This document shows positions 50,591-61,830 of a DNA stretch of 64,000 bases, piece after piece. Position numbers and translations under genes: made by a program. How positions within the stretch are numbered: position 1 is the first letter of the stretch; each line of letters starts with the position of its first letter. The DNA is from Octopus vulgaris (lineage: Eukaryota), in the NCBI GenBank assembly GCA_951406725.2, contig OX597814.1, positions 129,146,001-129,210,000 on the forward strand, written 5' to 3'. Under the pieces are notes generated by a model. The model did not search any database. It was not told the DNA's origin and saw only the letters and a list, made by a program, of their open reading frames with translations.

Positions 50591-51152
50591 AGTAAATGCC
50601 CTGATGCAGTACCATGCAGTGGCTCTAATGGCTTCTGATCTTAACTGATTGGAAGTGTTATCATGTACATTGTTTTGTCTTGGCATAAAAAGATGGGCTA
50701 CAGCAAATATTCTGCTCAATACCACAGATTTGCTTGTCAGTTGTTTGACCTTAACCAGTTGAGCATGTCCCTTAGTGGCTGACGATATGTGCATCTCTGA
50801 TCATGAGCAGAAGTAGTGGGGGAGCATCATAGCCATGTGTTGAGAGGGATTCTTTGATGTTTGGATAATTCACCTCTGGAAACATGGGTGTTTCGTTCAA
50901 CATCCTTAAACAACCCTCATTCAGGGACCTTTTGAGTGGAATGGGTTACTCGACCAGAAGAAAATTCAAACTGGGCCCTACCTGCAAGGTCATGCGCTGT
51001 TTATCTTGATATGAGATCACCATGTCGCGCACTTATGGTTGTGATGCATGTGCCTGGTGCACGCTTATTAGACGGGTAGTCATGATGGGTATACTGGGCT
51101 TCGTATATTTTACCTCAGTGTCACTTTGATGGCATGCACTGCTCTCTCACTC
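50591..51152 (+). mobile_element. Longest family E copy (about 560 bp, non-coding), bounded by (AAT)n
   Basis: aaatgccctgatgcagtacc ... gctctctcactc-(aat)n. Preceded by another ctctctcactc-(aat)n at 50553. Confidence 0.85.
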
Positions 51153-51184
<32 letters not shown>

Positions 51185-52024
51185 TAGTAACAACAACAAC
51201 ATAAGTTTAAAACACCTCAAAATGTATGCCATGATGTATTCATGTTAATATGCAAGAATTTGTGACAATTGATGAAGTGAAAACAAGATGGTGGCATGCC
51301 ATGTGATGTATTATGTTACTACTATGTGTCATCCTTTTCTCTGTCTCAACACTCCTGCACATATTTAGGACATAATCCTCTACCGTATCCTCTTAAGTCT
51401 TGGACAGCAAGCATTTACAACATTCAGACTCCATGCAAATACTGGGCCTTACAATCTCTGATGATCTCTCCTGGCAAATTCACATTTTATAACCTGGTAA
51501 AATCTGTACTCCATTGACTAACTTCCCTCTATAGGGTCAGAAATTGCTTCAACCCTCCTGATAGTCACTGATACTTTACCAATCCCAAGTAAGATCCTCA
51601 CTTGAATATTGGTCCCGTATCTGATATAACATTGCTATACACACAAACATTCTAGGTGACATCTGAAAGAATGTCTTTCTACTTATTTAGCAAATGTTCA
51701 GTTACCAACATATTACAAACTCAACCCTTCAAATGCACTGCTTTTATCTTTTATGTGTTTCAGTGTGGCCTTGCTGAGGCACTGCCTTAAAGAACTTTTT
51801 TTTGTTGAACAACTTGACCTCACTACTTATTTTTAAGCCTGTTACTTATCCTATCGTTCTCTTTTGCTGAACCGCTAAGTTACAGGAATGTAAACACACC
51901 AGCAGCAGTTTTCAATGGTGGTAGGAGACAAACAGGTGCAAAAAACTACTCACATACTCACACACTTACATATATATATATGATGGGCTTCTTTCAGTTT
52001 CTGTTTATGTGTGCGTGTGTGTGT

Positions 52025-52194
52025 ATTGGCTTAGATTTCCCGTGGCGGGCTGGCCATATCGGAGCAATCTCAAGATTAATCAGCCGAAATTGCTAAGATG
52101 ATCTGGTTCTTGACTGATGACTGAGGGCTTCGAATGTCCCGTCCTGTGGTTCTTGTGTCGTCTCTGTGCTTTCATGTTCTTGTCCATGTCTGTA

Positions 52195-52200
<6 letters not shown>
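52025..52200 (+). mobile_element. (TA)n-associated repeat, same family as 8955-9420
   Basis: Shared 60+ bp core, ending at a TA run. Confidence 0.55.
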
Positions 52201-52241
<41 letters not shown>

Positions 52242-52243
<2 letters not shown>

Positions 52244-52575
52244 CACATGGCTCAGTGGTTAGAGTGTTGGACTCAGATTCATAAGGTAGTGAGTTCAATC
52301 TCCAGACTGGACTGTGTGTTGTGTTCTTGAGCAAGACACTTTATTTCACATTGTTCCAGTTCACTCAGCTATAGAAATGAGTTGTGACATCACTGATGCC
52401 AAACTGTATTGGCCTTTGCCTTTCTCTTGGAGAATATCGGTGTTGTGCAGAGTGGAGGCTGGTATGCATGGGTGGCTGCTGGTCTCCCATAAACAACCTT
52501 GCCTGGACTTGTGCCTCAGAGTGGAACTTTCTGGTTAGGATCCCATGGTTATTCATAACTGAAGGAGTTCCTTTA
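52242..52575 (+). mobile_element. Family C SINE
   Basis: Colinear with 4824-5152. Starts right after (TA)n. Confidence 0.85.
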
Positions 52576-52797
52576 CCTTATACAGTTTCTGCCTATTAGT
52601 AAATTCACTCACAAAGCATTGGTTGGCTTGGGGCTATAGTAGAAAACACTTCCTCAAAGTACTGCACAGTGGGACTGAACCTGAAACCACGTGAGCTTCT
52701 TAACTGCTCAATCAGTCCTTTCTCCATAGAGGTGGGTGTACATTACAACCCTCTGTAATGTACGCCCACCCTCTCATGTTTTTTATTTTCCTTGCAG

Positions 52798-52931
52798 ATT
52801 TTAACTTAGAGAAATTCACACGAAGCATATCAGTCTCTTCAGTCTCAGGGACCTTACATGTCTCGCGATTAAGCCATAAAATGACAATAAATAAAGGGAT
52901 AAACAGAACCATTCCACCCAGTCGGGTATAA
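52798..52931 (+). CDS. Terminal coding exon (D)FNLEKFTRSISVSSVSGTLHVSRLSHKMTINKGINRTIPPSRV*, class I PDZ-binding-type end
   Basis: Strong acceptor ttttttattttccttgcag. Phase 1 matches the 38166 donor. 43 open codons in AT-rich DNA, no similarity to the repeats in this window, ends S-R-V-stop. Confidence 0.7.
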
Positions 52932-53225
52932 GATAGACACCCTCTTATTTTCCTTTGATAACCTGTTGCCACTTTACTTGTCCGGTGCACAGTTTAATGC
53001 AGATGTTGTTTATTATTTTTCCAAGAATGCATTCTGGCATGTTTATAATTGGAACAAAGGAAATGCTTATTCCAAGAGAAGTTGTGTCGCTATCTGAGTC
53101 AGTTTTGAATCAATATAGGTGTGTTTGGAACAGAATTAACTACTGGTCAAATCTTTTTTTTTTTTTGCTTGTCTTGTATATTTTTCTGTTGTTTTGTTCT
53201 ATGTTTGTCTTCTTATTCTTATCAG

Positions 53226-53278
53226 TAAAAACAAACCTCTCTCATTTGGTTCCATGTTGTCTTATCTGCAAAATTTGA
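53226..53278 (+). CDS. Candidate alternative terminal exon (V)KTNLSHLVPCCLICKI*
   Basis: About 70-nt T-rich tract ending ctttatcag. Phase 1 frame open to TGA. Confidence 0.3.
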
Positions 53279-53358
53279 TAGTAAATTTGAAAGGAACCAT
53301 TGAATTATAAGACTTGTGTGTGTATATCTATGTATATATGTATATGTATATATATATA

Positions 53359-53389
<31 letters not shown>

Positions 53390-53704
53390 CATCATCATCA
53401 TCGTTTAACGTCAGCTTTCCATGCTAGCAAGAATTAGGCTTGGTTTCTACAGAATTAAACATGTCAACACAATCTTTGTTCCACCCTTTTACTCACTCAC
53501 GCATGCTGTATACTTGTGTATGCAATTACACACACATACTTCCACACATATGCACATGCATGAATTGTTCTTTTCGTTGATTAAGCCCACAAGCCTTAGT
53601 TAGCTCTTTTTTTATACCATTATTATTTTTTTTATTGTTTAGCCCCAGGTCATCCCTGACTAAGCAGGCTTATGGTCAAAGGCATTCTAGCAATAACAGT
53701 TCCC

Positions 53705-53903
53705 TTCTTTTCTACTCTAGGCACAAGGCCCCAAATTTTAGATTAGATTGACCCCAGTATGCAATTGGTACTTAATTTATCGATCCCAAAAAGATGAAAG
53801 GCAGAGTTGACCTTAACGGAATTTGAACTCAGAACGTAAAGACAGGCGAAATACCACTAAGCATTTTGCCCGGCATGCTAACGTTTCTGCCTGCTCACCA
53901 CCT
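53705..53903 (-). mobile_element. Family B-related SINE
   Basis: gatgaaaggcagagttgacc...ggaatttgaactcagaacg...gcatgctaacgtttctgcc. Confidence 0.8.
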
Positions 53904-56248
53904 TATAACAGTTCCATTCAGTCTTCTATTAGGCATTATATTTCTAGAACTATATCATTCACTATGTATCTCCCCGACCACTTTTATTAATATCATAAGG
54001 TTTATTTTGAAGGAGATATGCCTGCTATTACTATTAGTATGAGTAAATGCATAGAGACTCCAACCAAGTTGGAGTGCCACAGTGTCACCTCAGATTTACT
54101 ATACAACCATATACCTATATTTGATGGCATATAAGATACATTTTTCTTCAAAAAAAATGCTTAAAAAAAACATCACTCTGGGTCATATAGGCGAAGCTTG
54201 ACTTCTATTACATGCTTTAATGCACTAAAAGCATTTTTCTTGAATGCATGCTGTTGAAACTGGGGTGCAACTAATGTGCCCATACATCTTTTATGCCTTG
54301 GTATGCTTTGTGCGTTGATGATATGTTTGGACTTTGATGGATCAATTCTATCCTTTGTACGTCATCATCAGCCTTGGGACCTTATTGTTTTGAGTCTTAA
54401 GACCCATAGGACCTAGTTTCTATCACATAGGACTGAGATCCCAAATTTCCCACTGTACAGGATGCCAGTCCATCATAGATTATTCATTTACAGCTGATTA
54501 TTCATTTACTGCAGCAATGTAAAATGAATTGCTTTACTTAAGAACAACACACCACCCTTGTCTGAGAATCAAAAACATTATCTTGTGGTTGTGAGTGCAA
54601 TACCCTAACTTTTTGGTCATATGCTATCCTTTGTATAGATGCACTTATAATTTTAGTGTCTTAGATTTTTGTGCCATTCTGACTTAATCATCATCAATAA
54701 TCTTAGTAAATCCTGTATTCTCAGGATTTCAGTTTTGTCTGACCCCAGATCAACTTTGATCCAGCTGTCCTATAATCCAAGTCATTTAAATCATCACCAC
54801 TGGTATTGCATTACCTGATATGGAGAACACATGGTTTGGTTTCGGTTCCAGGTTGAAACCATTTCACATCAATTTCATCACTAATTCTTATACAACATTA
54901 TTAAAACTGTTATTTTGTTGAATATTGGGTCTTTGGATTTTCTTATGCCAAATTCCAAAAATTGGTCATCAATACCTTAAATTAGGTCTCTTATCTAAAA
55001 AACAAACAAACTGATTTAATGCTTCTTATTTTAATGGTAGATTATATGATGGAAAATCTTGAAAGTAAAAGCTGTCAGCTGTTTCAACCAACCGTCATGT
55101 TGCCTCCTCTTTCTTCTCAACATCATCATCATCATCATTTAATATCTGGCTTGCATGCTGGCATCACTTGGATGGTGTGACAGATAGGAGGACTGCATCA
55201 TGTACCAATGTCTACTTTGGCATGGTTTCTATGACTGAATGCCCTTCTCAGTGCCAACCGCTTTACAGAGTGCACTGGGTGCTTTTTATGGCACCAATCC
55301 TAGTTATAATAACTTCAGAACTTGCAAGGCTAAAATGGCCCTTATAATTGAAGAAGAACAGAAGAAAGTGTGATCAAGGATTCCAGTCAGAAGGATGAGT
55401 GATGGTAAGTAAGAGGAGAGGATTGTGGTGTATGGTTGGGAGCAGAGGAGAAAGAAGGGATTAGAAACAGGAATGATTGAGAAAAAAGGAGGGTTGTTTG
55501 AAAGTTGATAGGATGGTTGTGTAAGTGATGTTTAGGGCTATCCAGCATTAAAAGGAGTGGTCGTGGGCAGAAAGTGTAAAGGAAAGGGACCAGGAAGGGA
55601 GCAATAGTCTAGGATGAAGAAGAAGAATCCTGAGAGATTTAGTGTGGGGAGGTTGATGAGGAAAGATGAGAAGAGGTGTTGAGGAGATAGAGAAACTGTA
55701 TCAGAAAGGTCACTGAGAGAAATGGAAGCAAAGGATGAAGGGCAAGATGATGATGCTGGATGGCATCATAAAGGTAAGAAGAAGACAAAAAATGAAGGGT
55801 GAATGCTGCACAAGCATCCAAGGTGTCTAGCAAATAATTCTCAGAAAATACTCCTAGTCTCGTTTTAAAATAATCTTTGGGTTATAACTTCTTGAGAATA
55901 TATGGAGATCTAACAACTGAAGAGCTGCAATTTTGATCTTATTGGGTTTCATCAGTTTCACTATGGCTATGGCTATTCTCTAAATTAAACTGTTTATAAG
56001 CCATCATTATCTGTAATAAATCATCAGCCTTGCCAATTAGTGTTGGAATAAAATTATGTAATGCACCATTAAACATATAATATAATGCTGTATAATCTAT
56101 TCTGAAATATACTTTCCTGTATAGAATTTATTAATTCATATGGTCTATAATGTTTTATTTAATTCTGCGAAGAAACAAATATTGCACACAAGACATCAAA
56201 TGAAAGTCTCTACATGGATTTTTGATCTGCTAGAAATAGCAGCCAGAT

Positions 56249-56658
56249 AAGGCGGTGTGCTGGCAGAAACGTTAGCACAGGCGGTGAGCTGGCAGAAACG
56301 TTAGCACGCCGGGCGAAATACTTAGCAGTATTTCATCTGCCGCTACATTCTGAGTTCAAATTCTGCTGAGGTCGACTTTGCCTTTCATCCTTTCGGGGTT
56401 GATTAAATAAGTACCAATTACGCATTGGGGTCGATGTAATTGACTTAATCCGTTTGTCTGTCCTTGTTTGTCCCTATTTCATCTGCCGCTACATTCTGAG
56501 TTCAAATTCTGCCGAGGTCGACTTTGCCTTTCATCCTTTCGGGGTCGATAACTTAAGTACCAGTTACGCACTGGGGTCGATGTAATTGACTTAATCCGTT
56601 TGTCTGTCCTTGTTTGTCCCCTCTATGTTTAGCCCATTTAGCCAATGAAGAAATAAGT
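56249..56658 (+). mobile_element. Family B SINE with duplicated 5' end and duplicated body, single insertion
   Basis: 29-nt head repeat, then a full unit, then a second unit restarting at tatttc (about 56475). 14-bp TSD aatagcagccagat at 56235-56248 and 56659-56672. Confidence 0.9.
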
Positions 56659-57164
56659 AATAGCAGCCAGATGGCCTTCAAATAACAAATTGGGCAGATA
56701 AGGCAAGTAAAGAGTACACCATGCATTAGGATTTCAAAGCAAAGCTGCTTTCAAAGCTTGAACTTTAAATCTTTGAGTTTTCTGTGAAGGTCTTCTCCTT
56801 CCCCACAAAAAATACTTAAATACAAAAAATAAAGACTCAAGTACCATACATCTACTTGGTCAAAGCTGAGCTAGAGGTAAATAACAAGGGAAACAACAAA
56901 TATTACAGACAGTATTGAATTGTTAAAGGAAGCCAGTTCTAAAGTTAAAGTGTTATAAAGTTCCTGGCACATGACAGCATCATGTCTCAACTTTCAGCAT
57001 AATGTCAGATAAACTGAAGTACAAACTAAAATATAAAACTGACTTGTAATTATAACATAAAAAGGGATTAATTTTATTTTAGTAAAAACTGGCAAAATCA
57101 ATTACTTGGTCTATTAAACTTGTTTTTCTCATTTTTTTTTTTGCTTGCCCTTGGATCGTAGAGT

Positions 57165-57508
57165 GACCCGCTGTTCTTGAGGAGACCTATTGAGTCAAGT
57201 ATGTCAACATCAAAATAAAAATCAAATGTAAATTGCAGTTAAGATACCCATGCCGGTGACACGTAAAAAGCACCATCCGATCGTGGTCGTTTGCCAGCCT
57301 CCTCTGGCCCCTGTGCCGGTGACATGTAAAAAGCACCCACTACACTCACAGAGTGGTTGGCATTAGGAAGGGCATCCAGCTGTAGAAATGTAGAAACACT
57401 GCCAGATCAGACTGGAGCCTGGTGCATCCTCCTGGCTTCCCAGATCCCGGTCGAATCTTCCAACGCATGCCAGCATGGAAAACAAACGTTAAACGATGAT
57501 GATGATGA
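57165..57508 (+). mobile_element. Family D (RTE-tail) element
   Basis: cttgaggagacctattgagtcaag...ggttggcattaggaagggcatccagctg...gttaaacgatgatgatgat. Confidence 0.78.
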
Positions 57509-59002
57509 ATTCAAACCTTTACTGTAAACTCATAGATTAAAAGTTCAAACTTTGAAAGCGACTTTGCTTTTATGTCTTATGGCATGATATAGTATTTGTT
57601 ATTTACCTTATCTGTTCAAATTGTTAATATACATCATCACTACCATCATTTTAGGGTCCTCTTTTCAATGCTTGCATAGGTCAGACAGAATTCATTGAGA
57701 CAGATTTTTTTACAGCTGGATGACCTTCCTGTCATGAACCCTCACCTGTTTTCATGTAGAGTAATATTTCCCCTTGGCCAGACATGTTTCCATGGAAAAC
57801 GAAATGAATGACACCACCTGTAATACAGTGTCGCTTGTTTACAACTATTTTGCAATGTCAAGGCAAGGATACACACACCATCATAATTCTAATGTCCAGT
57901 TTTCCATGCTTCCATGGCAGATTTTCTTTAGCTGGATGCCGTTCCTGTTACCAACACTTACCTATTTCCCATGGCTAGACATGCTTTTGCAGAATATTGA
58001 AAATGAACGACACTGCTTGTATGACAGTGACACTCGTTTACAATTCTCATGTGATATTAAATGAAGGACATACTCATACACATATATGATGGGCTTCCTT
58101 CTGCCTACCAAATCCACTTACAAGGATTTAGTCAACCCAGAACTATAGCAGAAGACACTTATCAAAGGTGCTACACAATGGGACTGAACCTGAATCCATC
58201 TGGCTGGGGAACAAACTTCTTAATCACCCAACCATTTTATTTTTTGAAATTGGCAGAATAGAAGAAATAGTTAGAACACTAAACCAAATGCCTTTTAGTA
58301 TTTAGTTCCATAGTTCAAATTTTCTGACTTCAAACCCTAATGAGGCCCACTTTGTCTTTCTTTCATCCCTTCTAAGTTGATAAATTAAGAATTTCAGTTG
58401 ATGATTTGATGTTATTTGTCTTCCAATGAAAAAGGCAACAACTCAAGAAGACCAGCCTCCACCAATTTTCCAATACACTGCGACATACATATACTGAAAA
58501 TATATAACCATTTCAATTTAATCATGACATTGACAATCATTTACAACTACATGCAGTGTCAGGAGGCACACACGCACACAGGCTTCTGTCACCATCAAAC
58601 ATTTGTTTTCCATACAAGCATAGGTTAGACAGTTTGATAGGAGCTGGCCAGCTGAAGAGCTGTCCAGGCTCCACTTGTCTGTTTTGACATGGTTTCTACA
58701 GCTACATGTCCTTCCTAATGCCAGCCACTTTACAAAGAATACTGAGTGCTCCCTGTGTGATACTGGCACAGGTTTTTTATATGTGGTACAGATGTTTTAT
58801 ATGTGGCACAGGTTCTTTATATGTAGCATTTTGCATGACACCAACATGGGTGTTTTTATGTGATGCCAGCACCTATGAGCCCACGAGACAATGACCTCTT
58901 GGCTGACATAGGGATGTAGCTGGCCCAGAGCTATAGTAGAAGACACCCAATATGTCATACGGTGGGACGGAACTCAGAATCATGTCACTGGAAAACAAAC
59001 TT

Positions 59003-59225
59003 CTTATTTCTTTATTGCCCACAAGAGGCTAAACATAGAGGGGACAAACAAGGACAGACAAAGGGATTAAGTTGATTAAGTGTGTAACTGATACTTAATT
59101 TATCAACCCAGAAAGGATAAAAGGCAAAGTCGATCTTGGTGGAATTTGAACTCAGAACGTAGCAGCAGACGAAATACCGCTAAGCATTTCGCCCGGCGTG
59201 CTAACGTTTCTGCCAGCTCACCGCC
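59003..59225 (-). mobile_element. Full-length family B SINE forming the 3' half of a U6-SINE chimera
   Basis: Head ggcggtgagctggcagaaacgttagc ends at 59225 and tail gaaataag at 59003. Confidence 0.9.
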
Positions 59226-59230
59226 TCAAT

Positions 59231-59334
59231 AAAAATGGAACGCTTCATAAATTTGCGTGTCATTCTTGCACAGGGGCCATGCTCATCTTCTCTGTATTGT
59301 ACCAATTTTAGTATATGTATTGCCAAAGCAATAC
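59231..59334 (-). pseudogene. U6: U6 snRNA retropseudogene, essentially full length
   Basis: Minus strand ...ACATATACTAAAATTGGtACaATACAGAGAAGATgAGCATGGCCCCTGtGCAAGaATGACACGCAAATTtaTGAAGCGTTCCATTTTT. ACAGAGA box and AGC triad present, several CpG-type changes, TSD-bounded with no native upstream promoter. Confidence 0.95.
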
Positions 59335-59376
59335 ATATACTAAAATTCAAACTTCTTATCACACAACAACACCTAT

Positions 59377-59411
<35 letters not shown>

Positions 59412-59414
<3 letters not shown>

Positions 59415-59928
59415 CCTTTAGGTCTGATACCTTCTACACTGTCACAATACATCTCTAGAATTTATGACCCTACTTTGTATCTGTATATACTTATTTTTTT
59501 ACATCTTTCCTTTTTTATATTTTGTACTTACTATTATCCTGTATAATCATGTTTAGATTTATACATATACTTCTTCCTCTTTGTGATCCCAACTTCATTA
59601 AAGAGCCACCTCCTCCCTCTTTCTCTCAACATCCAACCCACCTCATTCTTTATCAACTAAAAATACGGTATGGACGTTTTGTTTTGGTGTCTCGCTATGC
59701 CATATACGACTATGAGGAGTTACTTTCCTAATGAAACTCGATTTTTTCCCATACTTCTTCTCAAACCTGCTATAATGTAATACATGTCTTTGGCGTGGTA
59801 ATTGTACACGGCTGAAGAAGGCTGTTGACCTACAGGTTATATCAACTATGCATTGATATAAATTGCTCAATAAAGCCAGAAACATATGTACCGCTAAATC
59901 CTTTGGATCCTGTTTTTTTCTTTTGATA
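59412..59928 (+). mobile_element. Penelope-like terminal-repeat remnant between (TA)n runs
   Basis: Contains the hammerhead at 59809-59893. TA microsatellites on both sides. Confidence 0.6.
59809..59893 (+). ncRNA. Minimal type I hammerhead ribozyme motif
   Basis: cgg-CTGAAGA-aggct...agcca-GAAA-catatg-TA^-ccg. Helix I cgg/ccg; helix II ggct/agcc extended by ttatatcaa/ttgatataa; palindromic helix III acatatgt; predicted GUA cleavage after 59890. Confidence 0.7.
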
Positions 59929-60477
59929 AATATATATATATATATATATATATACATACATAGTGAAGCTGTAGTTGCATTCTACCAGTTCTGCTGCCTC
60001 AAATGCATTTGTAATGAAAAGTCTCAAAGCCTGAAATATATACAAAGGAAGCAAATTGGCATCATTACAGTATTGGATAAAATGCTTTGTGGTATCTGTT
60101 CTGACTCAATGTTGAAACCTTGTTGGAGCCAACTTTGCTTTTTGTCCTTATGAATGGATTGATAAAATACCAATCTAATGTATTTTATCTTCTCAGAACA
60201 GATGCTTTGTATTATTTGTTGTTTTTTTTTTTGTATTCTGAGTTCAAATCTTGCTGTAGCCTATGTGGCTGATAGATATAATTTTTTGCTTGGTTCAATG
60301 CCACTGTCTGGCACCTTGAAAATGCACTTTAGCAATGCCCACTATGTTGCAAGAATTCAAACCAGGTCTTGTTTTAAGAATGCCTGCTCCTACATGTCCC
60401 AGAGTCAAAGAGCCTGCCTTCTCTCCTGACTAAAAGATGGGCAACAGAATATTACTGTAAGACTGATAGAATATATT

Positions 60478-60670
60478 ACTCTTACTCTTTACTCTTTTAC
60501 TTGTTTCAGTCATTTGACTGTGGCCATGCTGGTGCACTGCCTTTAGTCGACCAAATCAACCCCAGGACTTATTCTTTGTAAGCCTAGTACTTATTCGATC
60601 GGTCTCCTTTGCCGGGGACATAACCACACCAGCATCGGATGTTGGGGGGACAAAACACAGATACACAAAC

Positions 60671-60719
<49 letters not shown>

Positions 60720-60885
60720 TATGATAGGCTTCTTTCAATTTCCATCTATCAAATCCACTCACAAGGTTTTGGTTGGCCCGAGGCTATAGTAGAAGACACT
60801 TGCCCAAGGTCCCACGCAGTGGGACTGAACCCAGAACCTTCTGGTTCGGAATCAAGCTACTTACCACGCAGCCACTCCTACGCCT
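60478..60885 (-). mobile_element. Full-length family A SINE
   Basis: Head ...cactcctacgcc, internal CA/TA microsatellite, tail with tactctt repeats. Confidence 0.9.
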
Positions 60886-61474
60886 AATATTGTTGAAGTC
60901 TGTTTTAGAAATAGAAGTTGATTGGCAAAGGTGGTGGTGGTGGTGGTTGTAGTAATAATTCTGATGGTGGGAGAGGTTGTAGTAGTAGTCATGTGGTGGT
61001 GGTGGTGATGTCGGTGGCAGTGGTGGTAACGGTGTCAAACATTCTAAAAAGGTAACCTGAATAATAAAATGAAGATTTTTGAAAATGAGATATGTGGGTG
61101 GAATTGCATTGGTTAGAAAGGGATAGTAGGGGAGAGGATGCAGAGGAAGGAAGTATTGAAACAGAGATTGTAGAAAGTGGTACAAAGGGGTAACAGTTGG
61201 GTGGGGGGTAGGGGTAAAGTTTTTAAAAAGAAATTTTCACTCTAACATTGTACAAAAAAAATGTTGCAAAAAGAACAATGGAGTTGAATTTGACAGAATT
61301 TTACTTTTTATTTTACTATTTATATTTCGTGTAGTGTGTGTGTGTAACTGGTGTTTCCATAATGGCAATTGTCCTGGAAGAGATAAGGGAAAAATCCAAT
61401 TCTGTTTATCTGTTTTTCTTTCTTTCTCTCTTCACTTGCTCAGTAACAATAGAGTGCTGAAAAAATTGTAGTGT

Positions 61475-61830
61475 GGAAGGAGAGAGAGAGGGAGAAAGAA
61501 AGAGAGAGAGAGAGGAGAATAAATTAACAAGTGTGAGATGGGGTGGAACGGAGATAAAAGAAAGAAGCAATATATGTTAAAATAGAGAGAAGGGATTTTT
61601 TTAAATATTATTTTATATTATTTTATTATTATTGAGAAGATGAGGATGGATGTGATAAAGAAGAAGGATAAGTGGAGAAAAAAATAAAAATAAAAATGGT
61701 AGATATAGCAAAAATGTAAGAGAGAGAAAAAGAGAAGATGAGAGAAATTGGATTAATAGGAGGGGTAGAGGTGGTAAAAGAAGGAGAAAGAGAGAGTGTA
61801 TGTGTGAAAGAGGGATAGTGAAGGAGACAT
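61475..61830. repeat. GA-rich low-complexity tract
   Basis: Purine skew with (GA)n runs. Confidence 0.75.

Noticed and set aside
52100-52145. Hammerhead in ctgatgactgagggcttcgaatgtc
   Set aside because: CTGATGA is present but there is no GAAA or consistent helices.
20839-52931. Assigning a gene name to the host exons (ion channel, NMDA receptor, PMCA and kinesin light chain considered)
   Set aside because: None of the peptides matches a sequence I can recognise. A tBLASTn search is needed.
59231-59334. Functional U6 gene
   Set aside because: TSD-bounded insertion with no upstream PSE/TATA region and several substitutions in conserved positions.
61335-61470. Acceptors at 61334 and 61443 (VTIEC* in phase 1)
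   Set aside because: Adjacent to low-complexity tracts, with no independent support.
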